The position numbers and the translations under genes were made by a program. This document shows positions 51,601 to 59,347 of a stretch of DNA of 64,000 bases, piece by piece. This stretch comes from a virus. The notes beneath the pieces were generated by a model. It ran no database searches. It worked only from the letters and a program-made list of their open reading frames with translations, and had not been told where the DNA came from. The DNA lies in the IMG/VR virus record IMGVR_UViG_3300042558_005069, positions 32,001 to 96,000 of that record. One strand, written 5' to 3'. Each line of letters starts with the position of its first letter. Positions within the stretch are counted from its first letter, which is position 1.

Positions 51601-52258
51601 TCACAGAGACTTGATTTCCAAGAACTTTTTGCAATTCTATTTCTAGCTCATCGCTCATGGATGGACGTTGCTGAACCATAGGGCCGGAAGGGCTCTCGAC
51701 GTCGTAAGTTCCTGGCATCCCTGCTTTTACCGAAATAGTGCCTGTTAGTTGATTTGCTCCGTGGAGAACTGGGCTAACTTCGTAGAGTTCAAGCTCGTAG
51801 ATTACGTTTGCTTGAGATTTTTGGTCAAATTGAGCTCTAAGAGTTTTGTAGCCTATTGACCACTCTTGGTCTTCGCCAAAAAAAGCAACATTAGCGAATG
51901 CTTCTTTGCCCTTTTCTGAATTTAAATTAAACTGGACACGGGCAAAAAGTCCTCCTATGCCAGCCATTTTCATTTTCATTGGCAGTCTTGGATCGGTGGA
52001 CGGAACTTCGTATATCTCTAGAACTTTGCCAATCGGGTCATTCCAGTTATGACCCCACACCACACGAGGCTTGCGCCGCATCAGGCTTTTGGTAAATGCT
52101 CCGCTCTGAACGATATCGCCAACAGAATCTTTGTTCCCTATTCCGGAAACGAAGCACTCGACCATGCCTTGAGCCTCGTCAAGATTCAGTACGCCGGATT
52201 TTCCGTTGACAACGGACGACATTGAACCAGCTTTATATTCAAAAGAATTTCCGGACAT
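42635..52258 (-). CDS. HK97-type prohead protease fused to a HiPIP-like 4-Cys domain, ArdC-like antirestriction module, UvrD-like SF1 helicase and an unknown C-terminal region (3207 aa)
   Basis: GNKDSVGDIV..GAF..WGHNW..PIG..EWSIGY..LYEVSPVLHGAN; WNMPW..YQGTN..YYSTLLHEMTHWTGHPSR..YAFEELIAE; AAAGSGKTT, DEAQD, VGDDRQQI, LTQSFRFG, VVTRA. Confidence 0.9.
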   Translation of the reverse strand: MSGNSFEYKAGSMSSVVNGKSGVLNLDEAQGMVECFVSGIGNKDSVGDIVQSGAFTKSLMRRKPRVVWGHNWNDPIGKVLEIYEVPSTDPRLPMKMKMAGIGGLFARVQFNLNSEKGKEAFANVAFFGEDQEWSIGYKTLRAQFDQKSQANVIYELELYEVSPVLHGANQLTGTISVKAGMPGTYDVESPSGPMVQQRPSMSDELEIELQKVLGNQVSVTEVDEDNGMVSFNRTDQSNSMEKYKCHFSRGGNGRFMFGAPERIVIVAKPQTSPPVMPVGGLPPVDPQRVVRPSQMPSIPIAIKPGPNGMTVVPLPAVQYEGQSRKPISADDLDQEESDLRDALLKIVKRHGKINEDSDGIWAGYKPAAQNPVAGIGVKCSNCVFYNKDNSCQIIDMAIEPEGKCRFAIIPPGVVKGDFMAKKEYEFETEDNENEYIADFEFKYPGELFIAGLRGIVKRKRRKKRKFKHLAEFGTFEDSFEPEKPYFLPVSTDYAFHVKQALDPVFDYHKVDTYVDPEGIVITNGVSYELIDAIDTALDNLKKKSLISDDLEFKVSAYRLGRAIGSRANNKPGIGGARSAGRFFSTPNAENFDPRTAIDRNLNGIVGEGIFLRGTSLEQPDPTPDGPGSINNPKVPGKIEAPERSSVAGTEARPLGSGSREIVTAKPKKEISRSMSAARKQAQAKNKNYLDFLRKRESDKTIDERFKFDGFFNQVSSTGKFSSGGDGNNSLKPGDIVDTATAEGRAVIDEYYAQIGKQILEMLQEAVNNPEKFKWNMPWREGEHNPRNPTKKNQGQKSWSYQGTNRMLLNSIAVSRGYETNKWAGISQWKKFKGKASPNARPVNILVPILGSDPRQYKVEEVYNVADIDGLPPEMYKPEIDLENLSPKARVKNAEAIVKELNPRLRESNVGGPFFSPNGDFINMPPFETFNDAESYYSTLLHEMTHWTGHPSRNNRPQVAKYGSPAYAFEELIAEVGSSFLLGMLGISPMVREDHIGYLKFWAEKIRNDPNAIKTAMGQAQQAVDWMLNRSKTLRRLSGMEDNERKAKKSSRDTVPLSMLEGYEDSPKVPTSRPISGPMGDIDLIDRADNIDKRFSSGIPFLDKEDDVTDTSDLSSSKDRRKYGSQSKEERMYGDIASVSDSQGRALTLDGRFASGGNPINARSGSKKRPVRRTPASTDVKSLLNLLVPPTDEQRDIIDLGLAAVYGQEKLVIGVDAAAGSGKTTTMKMLAAAINAEFSVDDILQRFAGDAVTRKQQLLKKANYLAAKYPAKGFEDVDVFWPESTDEKTLIQAIRELGESRGVTEDNKPTIYYTVFGKENRLEAAESFPGNTGIGTTTQLAYWSLRQGIAENDSPENRILNAPSMRRKIELLTDYARRRSFKNRNQPITVDGYDQARRQHDSESMQFIGYRPNYKDLGYSTVETGKDMLAFLEKAGVSLPRRTISVTRGKGKKAKTKNIEVYDVPFTMPDGNNWIEVDFFGEYLAMAFRRWSLSSNPEVTKDVFNLSFREQTDTMTGRFSTKKAQKKTQAIDEQLQNVPDKLMDEWLSYVKKAADELVDGNGMLLPTQGQLPKLLLLADPDLSTNPGALGHGSKDSLANEKIPAQFNIRRGDVVYYGKNNKFYDEVIDPQTGRISSIRQWDKSEGEPWVVVSIDGSRGKLKKQYASKEKPISLFAIDEAQDLNEVWEELLNRNKERVSTIAVGDDRQQILGFNGSKNIMQSISPDFVPKLTQSFRFGSLLGYMATLILGRENKLLQDLLDEGKPLTAEQWKYVEGAADTAAKRHIENIFSFVKAGDFGAANSVNDTVKRLYGVSFDSYLNGENFAGMTPKARAKALTELRKEIDDAKTKIAKALSTRVVDEKEEVYFGNLPDMALSRGKVQTVHLAVQTWKDLFLESAVFLGGRIDNPETLRDSQNLTQNEFDQLVKPLSSKDKPQIMLTQSAWQEAVDFFQHIDWAEKTAAGLNPGRKPEKSPLIGDYWDMATIRERFKLKSKSPGNSLYQLLFQPVDGQPAGSQTMFASQMLVSLRGGGVVLADGTKSHRSSSIRPMRDSLDLGLMEFEEKTLSQILSSTDRSSKSSDVNAATKIFVVQPDAKGTKDAVYFELEYDFKDGQDAINPDDFQVIVEKIPDQPGERLRVTSKWTKADGTPKFETIAEFGEAETVEELEKIAFRRMRNKLVMTATAGRSNTGTDPRETFYATKQFKWTGKLILSGDGVDTGRPQAVYADPNKYPDTSGRNFDGAYLSDTLGILDRLGLQSRTRLSFGVGPKVSRAKGRDYDGFVIDAKDDPEEATRIINLIGDAVRKSAKKRGGDVVIQTGTTAKGKEGKFVLVLDDFTDPDDDLNVDILEAAKRNGSGPPGWIEEMNLQHVVVTRAMRAISLSPRMWMAHFAEGQKRKEIADLIRDGVERKILPEDFDRESELSLDKLPKVYREIEEYAAEGKDLTDFNASRRSVLSLPDDELIAEMRRIGVPDVATQGFIKRRKEVMDEFADANVSEETLRDASVRIMRERAREIIDGPMFDPAAQFPEGEDDGRGISDEDLTVDDADNVLDELDEISTIEAEDDDDDDFDEDFDAGFSSGAEPSETSEEAPDVAKGSSRASKITGTPEGRFGRRVSRFENRAGMQQRLSALELAGIRTDVRIDPQDRDRVTRYAMQFWNAFNQTGIALDMPADQNSTSKNDRAKKINDNIIKVGERMRARKQSDGSRVVKIGKTTDNFANNDPSGDSWMLSISKLLDTVRIPTGWRRQEDISRGTITSELQGEEVVDVATPKVGVYWTQSEPLTIPKLAKLLGLNVTEEAKLKGDTAALTHDTVRYLLAEIGSQPEFSGWRLFSPVSDMEAEEEGMNAIERLVENTGRANMRDRFIIETFGADAYPYWHDRGDFIGGIAEEEIYGSGKMLTAEEFDDLEDGARRFNAVGKFENSPAARDDSEAEVELSYQGTMGEAFEALPPDIASNARRGKGSRVQRADFTLSQLLDHLGISEDEWPKQLKPILEKAFGEDLDAELDPDDVKKVDAELDPDDVKKVDVGLGEDAVKEWKKDGVPIAYIAEMIRTGVIPNARDVFGVNKAGQKLDEELLASKANVYEALTEFIDRSFPGSSLNSVQSRQFIINSREMGTVLQAAAKRRGKTFSKRLGDVPRFSRSELQEFVDQFNKIFGTNHTIEDIFSGEQLRNAQTRLREGTTVYKPSAPGRKGKRKTSPEIINK
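43174..43251. repeat. perfect 36-bp in-frame tandem duplication (DAELDPDDVKKV twice)
   Basis: CGTCTACCTTCTTCACGTCGTCTGGATCAAGTTCGG twice plus CGTCTA. Confidence 0.95.
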
Positions 52259-52354
52259 TTAAGCACCTTTTCTCGTCTAATGAGATGATAGGTTAAATTG
52301 CTAATCTGAAACGGAAAGTATTGTTATATTTTTTAAAGAAATAATATAAAGAAA

Positions 52355-54457
52355 CTATACTGTTTGAGCAAAAAGCCAGACCGATCGAGCTTCTGATTCA
52401 GCTATCTCAAACTGATCATGAGCAAGAAGGTTGGCATACATCTCTCCAATTCCTTGCCTAAACGCTCTGAGTCTTTCTTCTTCGTTTGAAAAATCAAAAG
52501 ACTTAATCATCAGATTGTATATTTCTGAAGATATATCGCTGTTAAGAGATTTTATTTTCATCAGGTGAGACTCGATAGTTTTTACAACATCAATTGTCGG
52601 AATGGACTTAACTTTAATCCCATTTTCTGATTTAAATTCTTTTCGTGAATCGAAAGAATCATTAATGATCGATGTGAGCACGGGCTTTATGTCGTCTTCC
52701 ATCTGTCTATTCCAAACATCAACAGCCAGTACCTGCTCAATATCGAGAGTCCCAGCAGAAAGGGCTTTTTTGGCTTTTGCTCCAGAAGATTTCTCCATGA
52801 CAACTCTTTGCTGACGCTCTAGCAGTCTTTCGATACTGCGAGCTAGTATCTCCGACCATCTCTCGATGGCTGTTTGACATTTTTCATCGTATGTCTCGCT
52901 GAGCGATTTTGTCTCGATGGAGGCTTGACGTTCCCCCGCTGTTGCCATTTGCTGCTGCGGCATCCCCTGCGTGATTGCTTCCGATGGGATTGTAGTCTGA
53001 GCCAAATCGCCAGCTGGAGGAGTTGCCTGCCCGGCCATGGATTCGGCGATTGCCCCTTGCATAGTGTTTGGATCGAGCGGAGGAGGTGCTCCTTCCATCC
53101 CTGGCTGTCCTGGCATACCTGGGGGCATCCCTGGCATACCTGGGGGCATACCTGGCATACCTGGGGGCTGTCCTGGCATACCTTGCTGCTCCCCCATCAT
53201 CGCCTGATTTTCTTCCATTTTTTTCTTTGTGTTGGCAATTGGAATAAGATTTGGATTCATAAGCAAAGAGTCAGCGAGGTCTGCTTCTACTTCTTTTCTT
53301 GAAGAGCCGGTCCGGTATTCGTTTGCACTGATTAATCCAGTCTGAAATTCCTGGAGCAAATACCTGTCTCGCTCCTGCTTGTAGAGCATTAGGATTGGAA
53401 CTTCGGAGGTGTCGAAGTCTAAATAGTACTTATCGTCTAACTCGTCTAGCCCCCGAGCGAGTGGCTCTAAATGTGGAAGCATTGTTTCCATCCAGAAAAC
53501 ACGGATTTCTTCTGCGGCATTGCTAAAAGTACGACCGGACGCATTTCCGATAACAGACTCAGGAACTCCGAAAGCTGAAAGAATTTCTTCTTTTGTTATT
53601 TGTCGCATTTGTATGTATGCGGCGTCTCTGGGACTTGCAGATGTGTCGACAAAATCAACACCATCGTCTGATGAGATTACGGTTGTGTGACCGGCTTTAG
53701 ACAAGTTTCCCCTAAATCTATTACGTAGCTCTTCTTTGTCATCGTCATCTATTTCTCCTCTTACTACGAGAAGACCGCCAGGTCTTCCATCGTTAAGTAA
53801 ATAGTTCCTATTGTAAAGTTTTGCTAAGTTTTCTATTTCTATTGCCACCCCAGAAGCTTCAAGTGGAGTCAGTGAAAGATAAGGGTCAAGGGGGTGAGGT
53901 CTACGAATCCAGCAGACGTCGTCTGGCTTCATAATAACCTTGTCTCCGGTTGGCATCATGACTTCATAGCCTGAAACAAAAGTTTTTGGGTGAGGAATCG
54001 GAGATGTGGATTGTGGCGGAAGAAGGTTTAGGGCGACAATTCCTCCATCGCGGCCACGAATTTTCTCTATAAACGCTCCTCGCGTTCCGAGAAGAAGCTG
54101 AGCTGAAAGCCTGTATCTGAAAATAAAAGAGTTTTCGCCTATGTTTGATTTTGTGTTCAGAAGCTCAAGGAGGGTTGATCTTTTGGCTTCTCTGCCAACA
54201 ACCAGTTCACCCATATTGGAGTTATCTTTACGCAAAACTATAGGTAGTCGCGCTTGGTTTCCTGCGATCGCATCAATGCATCGATTAACCCAGGTTATCT
54301 TAGACATTCCCTCGCGGTATGCGCGCTCTATGTCCCACGAGTCCCTGTATGGCTTTCCTGCAAATGAGGGATTCATCGAAACGGGAGCGCCGTATACACC
54401 TAACTCTTTAGAGCTAGTGCTTTTAATTGATTTGTTTTGTGGTGTATTCCAGCCCAT
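52355..54457 (-). CDS. portal protein, HK97 family, with a long C-terminal extension
   Basis: WVNRCIDAIA, YLSLTPLEA, NDGRPGGLL, EILSAFGVPESVIG, SANEYR. Confidence 0.93.
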   Translation of the reverse strand: MGWNTPQNKSIKSTSSKELGVYGAPVSMNPSFAGKPYRDSWDIERAYREGMSKITWVNRCIDAIAGNQARLPIVLRKDNSNMGELVVGREAKRSTLLELLNTKSNIGENSFIFRYRLSAQLLLGTRGAFIEKIRGRDGGIVALNLLPPQSTSPIPHPKTFVSGYEVMMPTGDKVIMKPDDVCWIRRPHPLDPYLSLTPLEASGVAIEIENLAKLYNRNYLLNDGRPGGLLVVRGEIDDDDKEELRNRFRGNLSKAGHTTVISSDDGVDFVDTSASPRDAAYIQMRQITKEEILSAFGVPESVIGNASGRTFSNAAEEIRVFWMETMLPHLEPLARGLDELDDKYYLDFDTSEVPILMLYKQERDRYLLQEFQTGLISANEYRTGSSRKEVEADLADSLLMNPNLIPIANTKKKMEENQAMMGEQQGMPGQPPGMPGMPPGMPGMPPGMPGQPGMEGAPPPLDPNTMQGAIAESMAGQATPPAGDLAQTTIPSEAITQGMPQQQMATAGERQASIETKSLSETYDEKCQTAIERWSEILARSIERLLERQQRVVMEKSSGAKAKKALSAGTLDIEQVLAVDVWNRQMEDDIKPVLTSIINDSFDSRKEFKSENGIKVKSIPTIDVVKTIESHLMKIKSLNSDISSEIYNLMIKSFDFSNEEERLRAFRQGIGEMYANLLAHDQFEIAESEARSVWLFAQTV
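53093..53180 (-). repeat. PPGM/PGM/PGQ coding tandem repeats in the portal
   Basis: Repeated CCTGGCATA and CCTGGGGG units; GMPGQPPGMPGMPPGMPGMPPGMPGQPGM. Confidence 0.85.
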
Positions 54458-54465
54458 AATTTTAT

Positions 54466-54684
54466 TTACTCAAGCCCCAAGATGAATCCAAAAAGTCCGC
54501 AACCTATACCCGCAACCACTATTCCAGCCGGTGGGAATATTAAGCCAACACCAATACTAGTAAGTATTATAAATGACAACATAAATACATAAGCGAAGGT
54601 AGTGCGATTTAGCTTTATTCTTTGCTGAATCGCTAATCGCCAATTATTCTGTCGTTGTTTCTTTTTTTTGTCCTGCACTGGCAT
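54466..54684 (-). CDS. small membrane protein upstream of the portal
   Basis: Basic N-terminus and two hydrophobic stretches; start at MPVQDK with TACTGT 7 nt upstream. Confidence 0.65.
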   Translation of the reverse strand: MPVQDKKKKQRQNNWRLAIQQRIKLNRTTFAYVFMLSFIILTSIGVGLIFPPAGIVVAGIGCGLFGFILGLE

Positions 54685-54738
54685 ATAACATACAGTAGCG
54701 CACAATTTTGTCGCAGGAACAACTAAAGGTCTTTTACA

Positions 54739-56052
54739 ATGGATAATAAACCCAATTGGGCGGAGGTCCTCGAATACCTTCAACCTAAGGAACCTCCATT
54801 TTGCCCCGAGGAACCCTCTATTAACCAAAAAGTATTTCTTCGCACGAACGCTCTAGAAGCGTTGTTCGGGGGAGCGGCTGGCGGTGGAAAAAGTTCAGCA
54901 TTGCTAATGGCAGCATTGCAGTACGTTGACGTACCTGGATATTCTGCACTTCTTTGCCGTCGTACATTTGCCGACTTATCGCTCCCTGGAGCATTGATGG
55001 ACCGTTTTAAGTCATGGATGAGCAACTATGACGATATCCATTGGAATAACAACACTTTTATTGCTACGTTTCCATCGGGAGCAAGAATATCCTTCGGTTA
55101 CCTCAATAATGTCAACGATTATCTTAGATATAAGGGTTCGGAATTTCAGTTCATAGGGATGGACGAAGTTACGGAAATACGTGAATCTGACTACAGGTAT
55201 TTGTTTTCTCGCCTCCGTCGCCCAGCTAACGGTCCAGTTTCGCAAGTCCCACTAAGAATGCGATGTGCGTCAAACCCTGCTCCAAACTGGGTGCGTCAAA
55301 GATTTATAGTTGAAGGAAAAGAAACAAATAGAATTTTTGTACCCTCTACGCTGAAGGACAACCCAGGAATTGACGCCGACTCGTACAGGCAGTCATTGTC
55401 CGCACTCGACCCCGTTGAGCGGCGAAGACTGGAAGAAGGAGACTGGTGGTCTACGACTCTTGGCACAATGTTTGACAGAACATCATTTGAGATAATAGAC
55501 CCAATTGACATCCCGATAATAACCAGCGCAGCAAGAGTGGTTCGTTTTTGGGACCTTGCAGCTACGGAACCAAGTGCCTCAAACCCTGACCCAGACTGGA
55601 CTGTCGGCACTTTAATGCTTTTCAATGGCGGCGTAGCTTATGTTTTGGACGTAAGGAGAGCAAGAGTTCGGGGAGAAAAAGTAGAACAATTAATTTCTCA
55701 GACATCAATAGAAGATGGGCATGGGGTAGCGATACGCATGGAACAAGAACCAGGCTCCTCCGGAAAAGCATTGCTGGATCAATACGCTAGATACGTAGTT
55801 CCTGGCTACGATTTCGGCGCTGTACGCGCTACGGGGGACAAAGTGACCCGCGCTAGACCATTCGCTGCAGCGGTAGCCAATGGAAACGTTCGGTTAGTTC
55901 GAGGTCCGTGGATAACTGGATGGCTTGATGAATTTGCCTCTTTCCCGGAAGCCTGCGACCACGACGACCAAGTCGACTCGGCTGTTGGAGCATTTACTCA
56001 TTTAACGGGCCTTGGGTTGCCACAGAGAAAACGAGCATCTATACTCATCTAG
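54739..56052 (+). CDS. terL: terminase large subunit
   Basis: Walker A GGAAGGGKS, Walker B FIGMDE, ASNP, DNP, nuclease WDLA..DWTVG..HDDQVD. Confidence 0.95.
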   Translation: MDNKPNWAEVLEYLQPKEPPFCPEEPSINQKVFLRTNALEALFGGAAGGGKSSALLMAALQYVDVPGYSALLCRRTFADLSLPGALMDRFKSWMSNYDDIHWNNNTFIATFPSGARISFGYLNNVNDYLRYKGSEFQFIGMDEVTEIRESDYRYLFSRLRRPANGPVSQVPLRMRCASNPAPNWVRQRFIVEGKETNRIFVPSTLKDNPGIDADSYRQSLSALDPVERRRLEEGDWWSTTLGTMFDRTSFEIIDPIDIPIITSAARVVRFWDLAATEPSASNPDPDWTVGTLMLFNGGVAYVLDVRRARVRGEKVEQLISQTSIEDGHGVAIRMEQEPGSSGKALLDQYARYVVPGYDFGAVRATGDKVTRARPFAAAVANGNVRLVRGPWITGWLDEFASFPEACDHDDQVDSAVGAFTHLTGLGLPQRKRASILI

Positions 56053-56078
56053 CAAATAACTAAACAAAAGGGGTATTA

Positions 56079-56570
56079 ATGCTAGATAAAATAAAAACTT
56101 TACAAAAAGAGCTTGTAAATCTCGACAATGAACTTCAAGATTTTCTGAAAACAGCAACAACGCCAGAAGAAGCTTGCTTAATTTTGTCAGAGATTAATTT
56201 TCTTAAACGTGATCTTTCCATTGTCTACGATGGGTACTGCGCCGGAGTGCTTCAACTTATGGGAGAGAGCGACGGCTATACGCTTGAGAACGGTGCGGAG
56301 ATTGAAAGAAAATCAGGCTACGACAGAAAAGCTTGGAAACACAAGGATCTCGGCGCTGAAGTTGTCGATAAACTAATCTCCATGTCTGTTGACATGGACA
56401 CTGGGGAAGTGACAAAATCTACCAGACAAATAGCATTAGAAATTCTCGACTACTGCGCCCCCTCGTACTGGAGGATTAAAGAATTGGGCAAAATTGGCGT
56501 GAACCCAGACAACTACTGTGAAGTAGGCGAGCTCAAAACCAGTCTCATCGTTCGTAAATCAAAAAACTAG
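56079..56570 (+). CDS. hypothetical protein
   Basis: 163 aa ORF in the recombination operon. Confidence 0.7.
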   Translation: MLDKIKTLQKELVNLDNELQDFLKTATTPEEACLILSEINFLKRDLSIVYDGYCAGVLQLMGESDGYTLENGAEIERKSGYDRKAWKHKDLGAEVVDKLISMSVDMDTGEVTKSTRQIALEILDYCAPSYWRIKELGKIGVNPDNYCEVGELKTSLIVRKSKN

Positions 56571-56592
56571 AAACAGAACAAGGAAAATAAAA

Positions 56593-57294
56593 ATGGAAAT
56601 TAATGTAACTGAAATGTCCGCTGCCCTTAGTGCTCAATTTCCTCAGGAAATGGAACGAGTTATTGTAAAAAGCGGGGTCGAACTAATTTACCTCCCTATC
56701 AGCGAAGTTATTAACAGACTAAACAAAGTAATCGGTGTTGATAATTGGTCCTTTCAAGTCATCTCGGTTGAGCGTGACTCCGTAGACCAAGACGAGATCA
56801 TCGCCCACGTCAGCTTGACAGCGGTTATTGATAATAAAAAAGTTGTTAAACATGGCGTTGGTGGACAGCAGGTAAAACGTTCCAAGAAAGATGGTCGAGT
56901 AATTGACTTGGGGAATGACTTCAAGGGTGCCGTATCGGATGCGCAAAAAAAAGCAGCGCAACAACTAGGAATTGGGCTATATCTAGCTCGTTCTGCTGAC
57001 GCCCTTGATGCGGAAGAAGCAATAGAAGCCCACGTCGCCCCTGAGATCTCTAGCTCTAAACCAGTCTCGTCAGAAGTTGACGAAAGATGGGAAGCATTTG
57101 TCGAGATCGTTGGTGGGTTGACAAAAGAACAAAAAGATCAGCTCAACACATTTTGGGCAGAACATGCAGGGGGCCGCGCAAAGCCAACCAAGGCAAGTGC
57201 CACTCTGGAAGATCTTGAACCACTTACCGTAGAAGCACTTCGTCTTCGTTTTGGTGGTTCTTATGTCAACAATGCGACTAGCAGCCCTGCATGA
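56593..57294 (+). CDS. Rad52/Sak-family single-strand annealing protein
   Basis: YLPISEVINRLNKVIGVDNWS..KGAVSDAQKKAAQQLGIGLYL. Confidence 0.88.
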   Translation: MEINVTEMSAALSAQFPQEMERVIVKSGVELIYLPISEVINRLNKVIGVDNWSFQVISVERDSVDQDEIIAHVSLTAVIDNKKVVKHGVGGQQVKRSKKDGRVIDLGNDFKGAVSDAQKKAAQQLGIGLYLARSADALDAEEAIEAHVAPEISSSKPVSSEVDERWEAFVEIVGGLTKEQKDQLNTFWAEHAGGRAKPTKASATLEDLEPLTVEALRLRFGGSYVNNATSSPA

Positions 57295-58064
57295 GCGATA
57301 AAGAACTCATAGCTCCAGAATATTTATCACCATCCTCTGTCTCAACATTTAATCAATGTCCACTTAAGTTCAAATACAGTAAAATCGATGGCCTTCAGGA
57401 CTCCGGAACAGAAGCAACAATGCTTGGTAACTTCGTTCATGAAGTTCTTGAAGCAATGTACGGGTTGGCTCCTGATTTAAGAACACAAGAAACTGCAAAG
57501 GTTCTTGCTCGGGAGTTGTGGGCTTCAAAATGGAGCGACGAAATATCAACCTTAATTCACGACGAAAAGAATCTAAATCGCTTCCGCTGGACCGCATGGT
57601 GGTGTATCGAAAATCTTTGGCGCTTAGAGGATCCAGCCTTAGTTATTCCCCACTCTGTTGAATCTCACGTTAGAGGAGAGATTGGCGGAGTAAAAATACA
57701 CGGCTTCATAGATCGTCTCGCTTTTGAAAACGACACAGCAACCGTAACTGACTACAAAACTGGCAAGACCCCTCGCAAAGGGGATCTAAATGACAGATTT
57801 TTTCAGCTAATAATTTACACACAGCTACTTGAAAGCGTTGACATATTTGCTGCAAATAATTTAGTAGAGCTACTTTATCTCAAAGATGGGATCCGCTTCC
57901 AAAAAGAGATAAATAAAGAAGATATAAATCAGATTACCGAAAAGCTTCAGTCCACTAGGGTTGGCATTGAAGAAAGATGCAAGGCTGGGTACTTTGAGCC
58001 TTCAACTTCATTTTTGTGCAATTGGTGTGGATTCAAGCCTATCTGCCCAGCCTGGAAACGATAA
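57291..58064 (+). CDS. PD-(D/E)XK RecB/Cas4-like exonuclease
   Basis: LSPSS..CP, GNFVHEVLE, GFIDRL, DYKTGK, QLIIY, CNWCGFKPIC. Confidence 0.92.
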   Translation: MSDKELIAPEYLSPSSVSTFNQCPLKFKYSKIDGLQDSGTEATMLGNFVHEVLEAMYGLAPDLRTQETAKVLARELWASKWSDEISTLIHDEKNLNRFRWTAWWCIENLWRLEDPALVIPHSVESHVRGEIGGVKIHGFIDRLAFENDTATVTDYKTGKTPRKGDLNDRFFQLIIYTQLLESVDIFAANNLVELLYLKDGIRFQKEINKEDINQITEKLQSTRVGIEERCKAGYFEPSTSFLCNWCGFKPICPAWKR

Positions 58065-58066
58065 AA

Positions 58067-58600
58067 ATGCAACAACAAGAAAGATTCAAAATGAAAGTAA
58101 ATGACGACGCCTTTGCTCGCATGGTTGCCGAAGAAGTAAAAAATAAACTTTCCCCTCTCCATAAAAGCGAATTAATGAAAGAGGAGAACTGGCATTTGTG
58201 GCAAGCAGCGCTTATTGCTCTTTCTGAAAACCTTCAAAGTCAAATCTTAACCATTGAATCAGATGCTGAGTCAGATGAAAAAAGGTACTCCTCCCTTGGG
58301 GTTGGCGGTAAAAAACTTTCACATCAGGCCGCCTCTTACTACGGCGACAAAGCAACGCGAATCAAAAGATTCAAGTTTCACGTCGACAAACGATTAGATG
58401 AAGTATCTTTAATGATTGAAACTGGTCAGGAGATGGAATCAGACGGCTGGGAAAAAGTAGATTTTTTTAGGCGAGCCATAACTAAGCATAGGAGCATGCT
58501 TAGGGAGTACGACATGGAAGATACGGCCATAGATAGATCCCTATGGGCTACACTTGACTACAAGTGGACGTTTGACGCTATTACTGAAGAAGATCTTTAA
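58067..58600 (+). CDS. hypothetical protein
   Basis: Open frame; start taken at the ATG just after the upstream stop (alternative 58091). Confidence 0.65.
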   Translation: MQQQERFKMKVNDDAFARMVAEEVKNKLSPLHKSELMKEENWHLWQAALIALSENLQSQILTIESDAESDEKRYSSLGVGGKKLSHQAASYYGDKATRIKRFKFHVDKRLDEVSLMIETGQEMESDGWEKVDFFRRAITKHRSMLREYDMEDTAIDRSLWATLDYKWTFDAITEEDL

Positions 58601-58660
58601 TAATATTTATTATTATTTATAAATCAAATTTGCGTTCACTTTTAGCAATGGAGATTTATT

Positions 58661-59023
58661 GTGATCAGACGGAACAAACCACTTAAAAATAAAACCGGCC
58701 TAAAACGTCAACAGACCCCAATTGCAAAACGTTCAAAAAAAACTGAAGAAAAATATCTTGAACGTCGCCCTTTTGTTGAGAGAATTCTTAAGGAAAGGCC
58801 ACTTTGTGAAGCCTGCAAAGTTTTTGCAAAACATGATGATAAATCTATATACAATCATCATATGAGCAAAGACGTACACGAAATTATTCGTCGGTCGCAG
58901 GGGGGCTCAATCTTGGATGACGATAATGTTCTTGCTGTGTGCAGGCCATGTCACGTCAGAATAGGCAATTATCCTCAGCTTGCGTTTGACCTTGGATTGG
59001 CAAAGCATGGGTGGGAAAAATAA
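58661..59023 (+). CDS. HNH endonuclease
   Basis: CEAC..DVHEIIRRSQGG..NVLAVCRPCH; GGAG SD with GTG start. Confidence 0.88.
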   Translation: MIRRNKPLKNKTGLKRQQTPIAKRSKKTEEKYLERRPFVERILKERPLCEACKVFAKHDDKSIYNHHMSKDVHEIIRRSQGGSILDDDNVLAVCRPCHVRIGNYPQLAFDLGLAKHGWEK

Positions 59024-59059
59024 TTAGCAGAACTATTACTCTTTTCTGTAAAATGTTTT

Positions 59060-59240
59060 AACCTAAAATCTTCTTAGGTACCTAATTCAGCGATAACTTT
59101 CGAGAATAGAAAGGTCAGGTGGTCCAATGTCTAGTGGTCTTATCCACGGCAAGGAAGCTGGAGTCGCGTCGAACTCATAGTCACAGTCGACTAACGCCCA
59201 CAACCGCTGGCTCGCTCTGCAGGCCCCAGCGGTTGTTTGC
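59060..59240 (+). ncRNA. candidate small RNA 1
   Basis: TAAAAT -10 box at 59049-59054, no credible ORF, ends in an 11-bp perfect hairpin (59200-59236). Confidence 0.35.
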
Positions 59241-59307
59241 TGTCTAGGAATAAAAATTGTTCTAACATATAGTTCTGGGCGCAACCAAAACCTTAGGATC
59301 GTTACAG

Positions 59308-59347
59308 ATGCAGAAGCCGGGAGATTAATTTCTTCCGGCTTCTGCAT
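59308..59347. terminator. 17-bp hairpin, terminator-like, ending candidate small RNA 2
   Basis: ATGCAGAAGCCGGGAGA-TTAATT-TCTTCCGGCTTCTGCAT with one G-U pair. Confidence 0.65.

Noticed and set aside
57291-58064. Cas4 as part of a CRISPR-Cas system
   Set aside because: No array or other cas genes; it sits beside a Rad52-like gene as a typical phage recombination exonuclease
59087-59347. Minus-strand 86-aa ORF in the intergenic gap
   Set aside because: It starts within a hairpin, opposes the operon, and has no SD or recognisable motif
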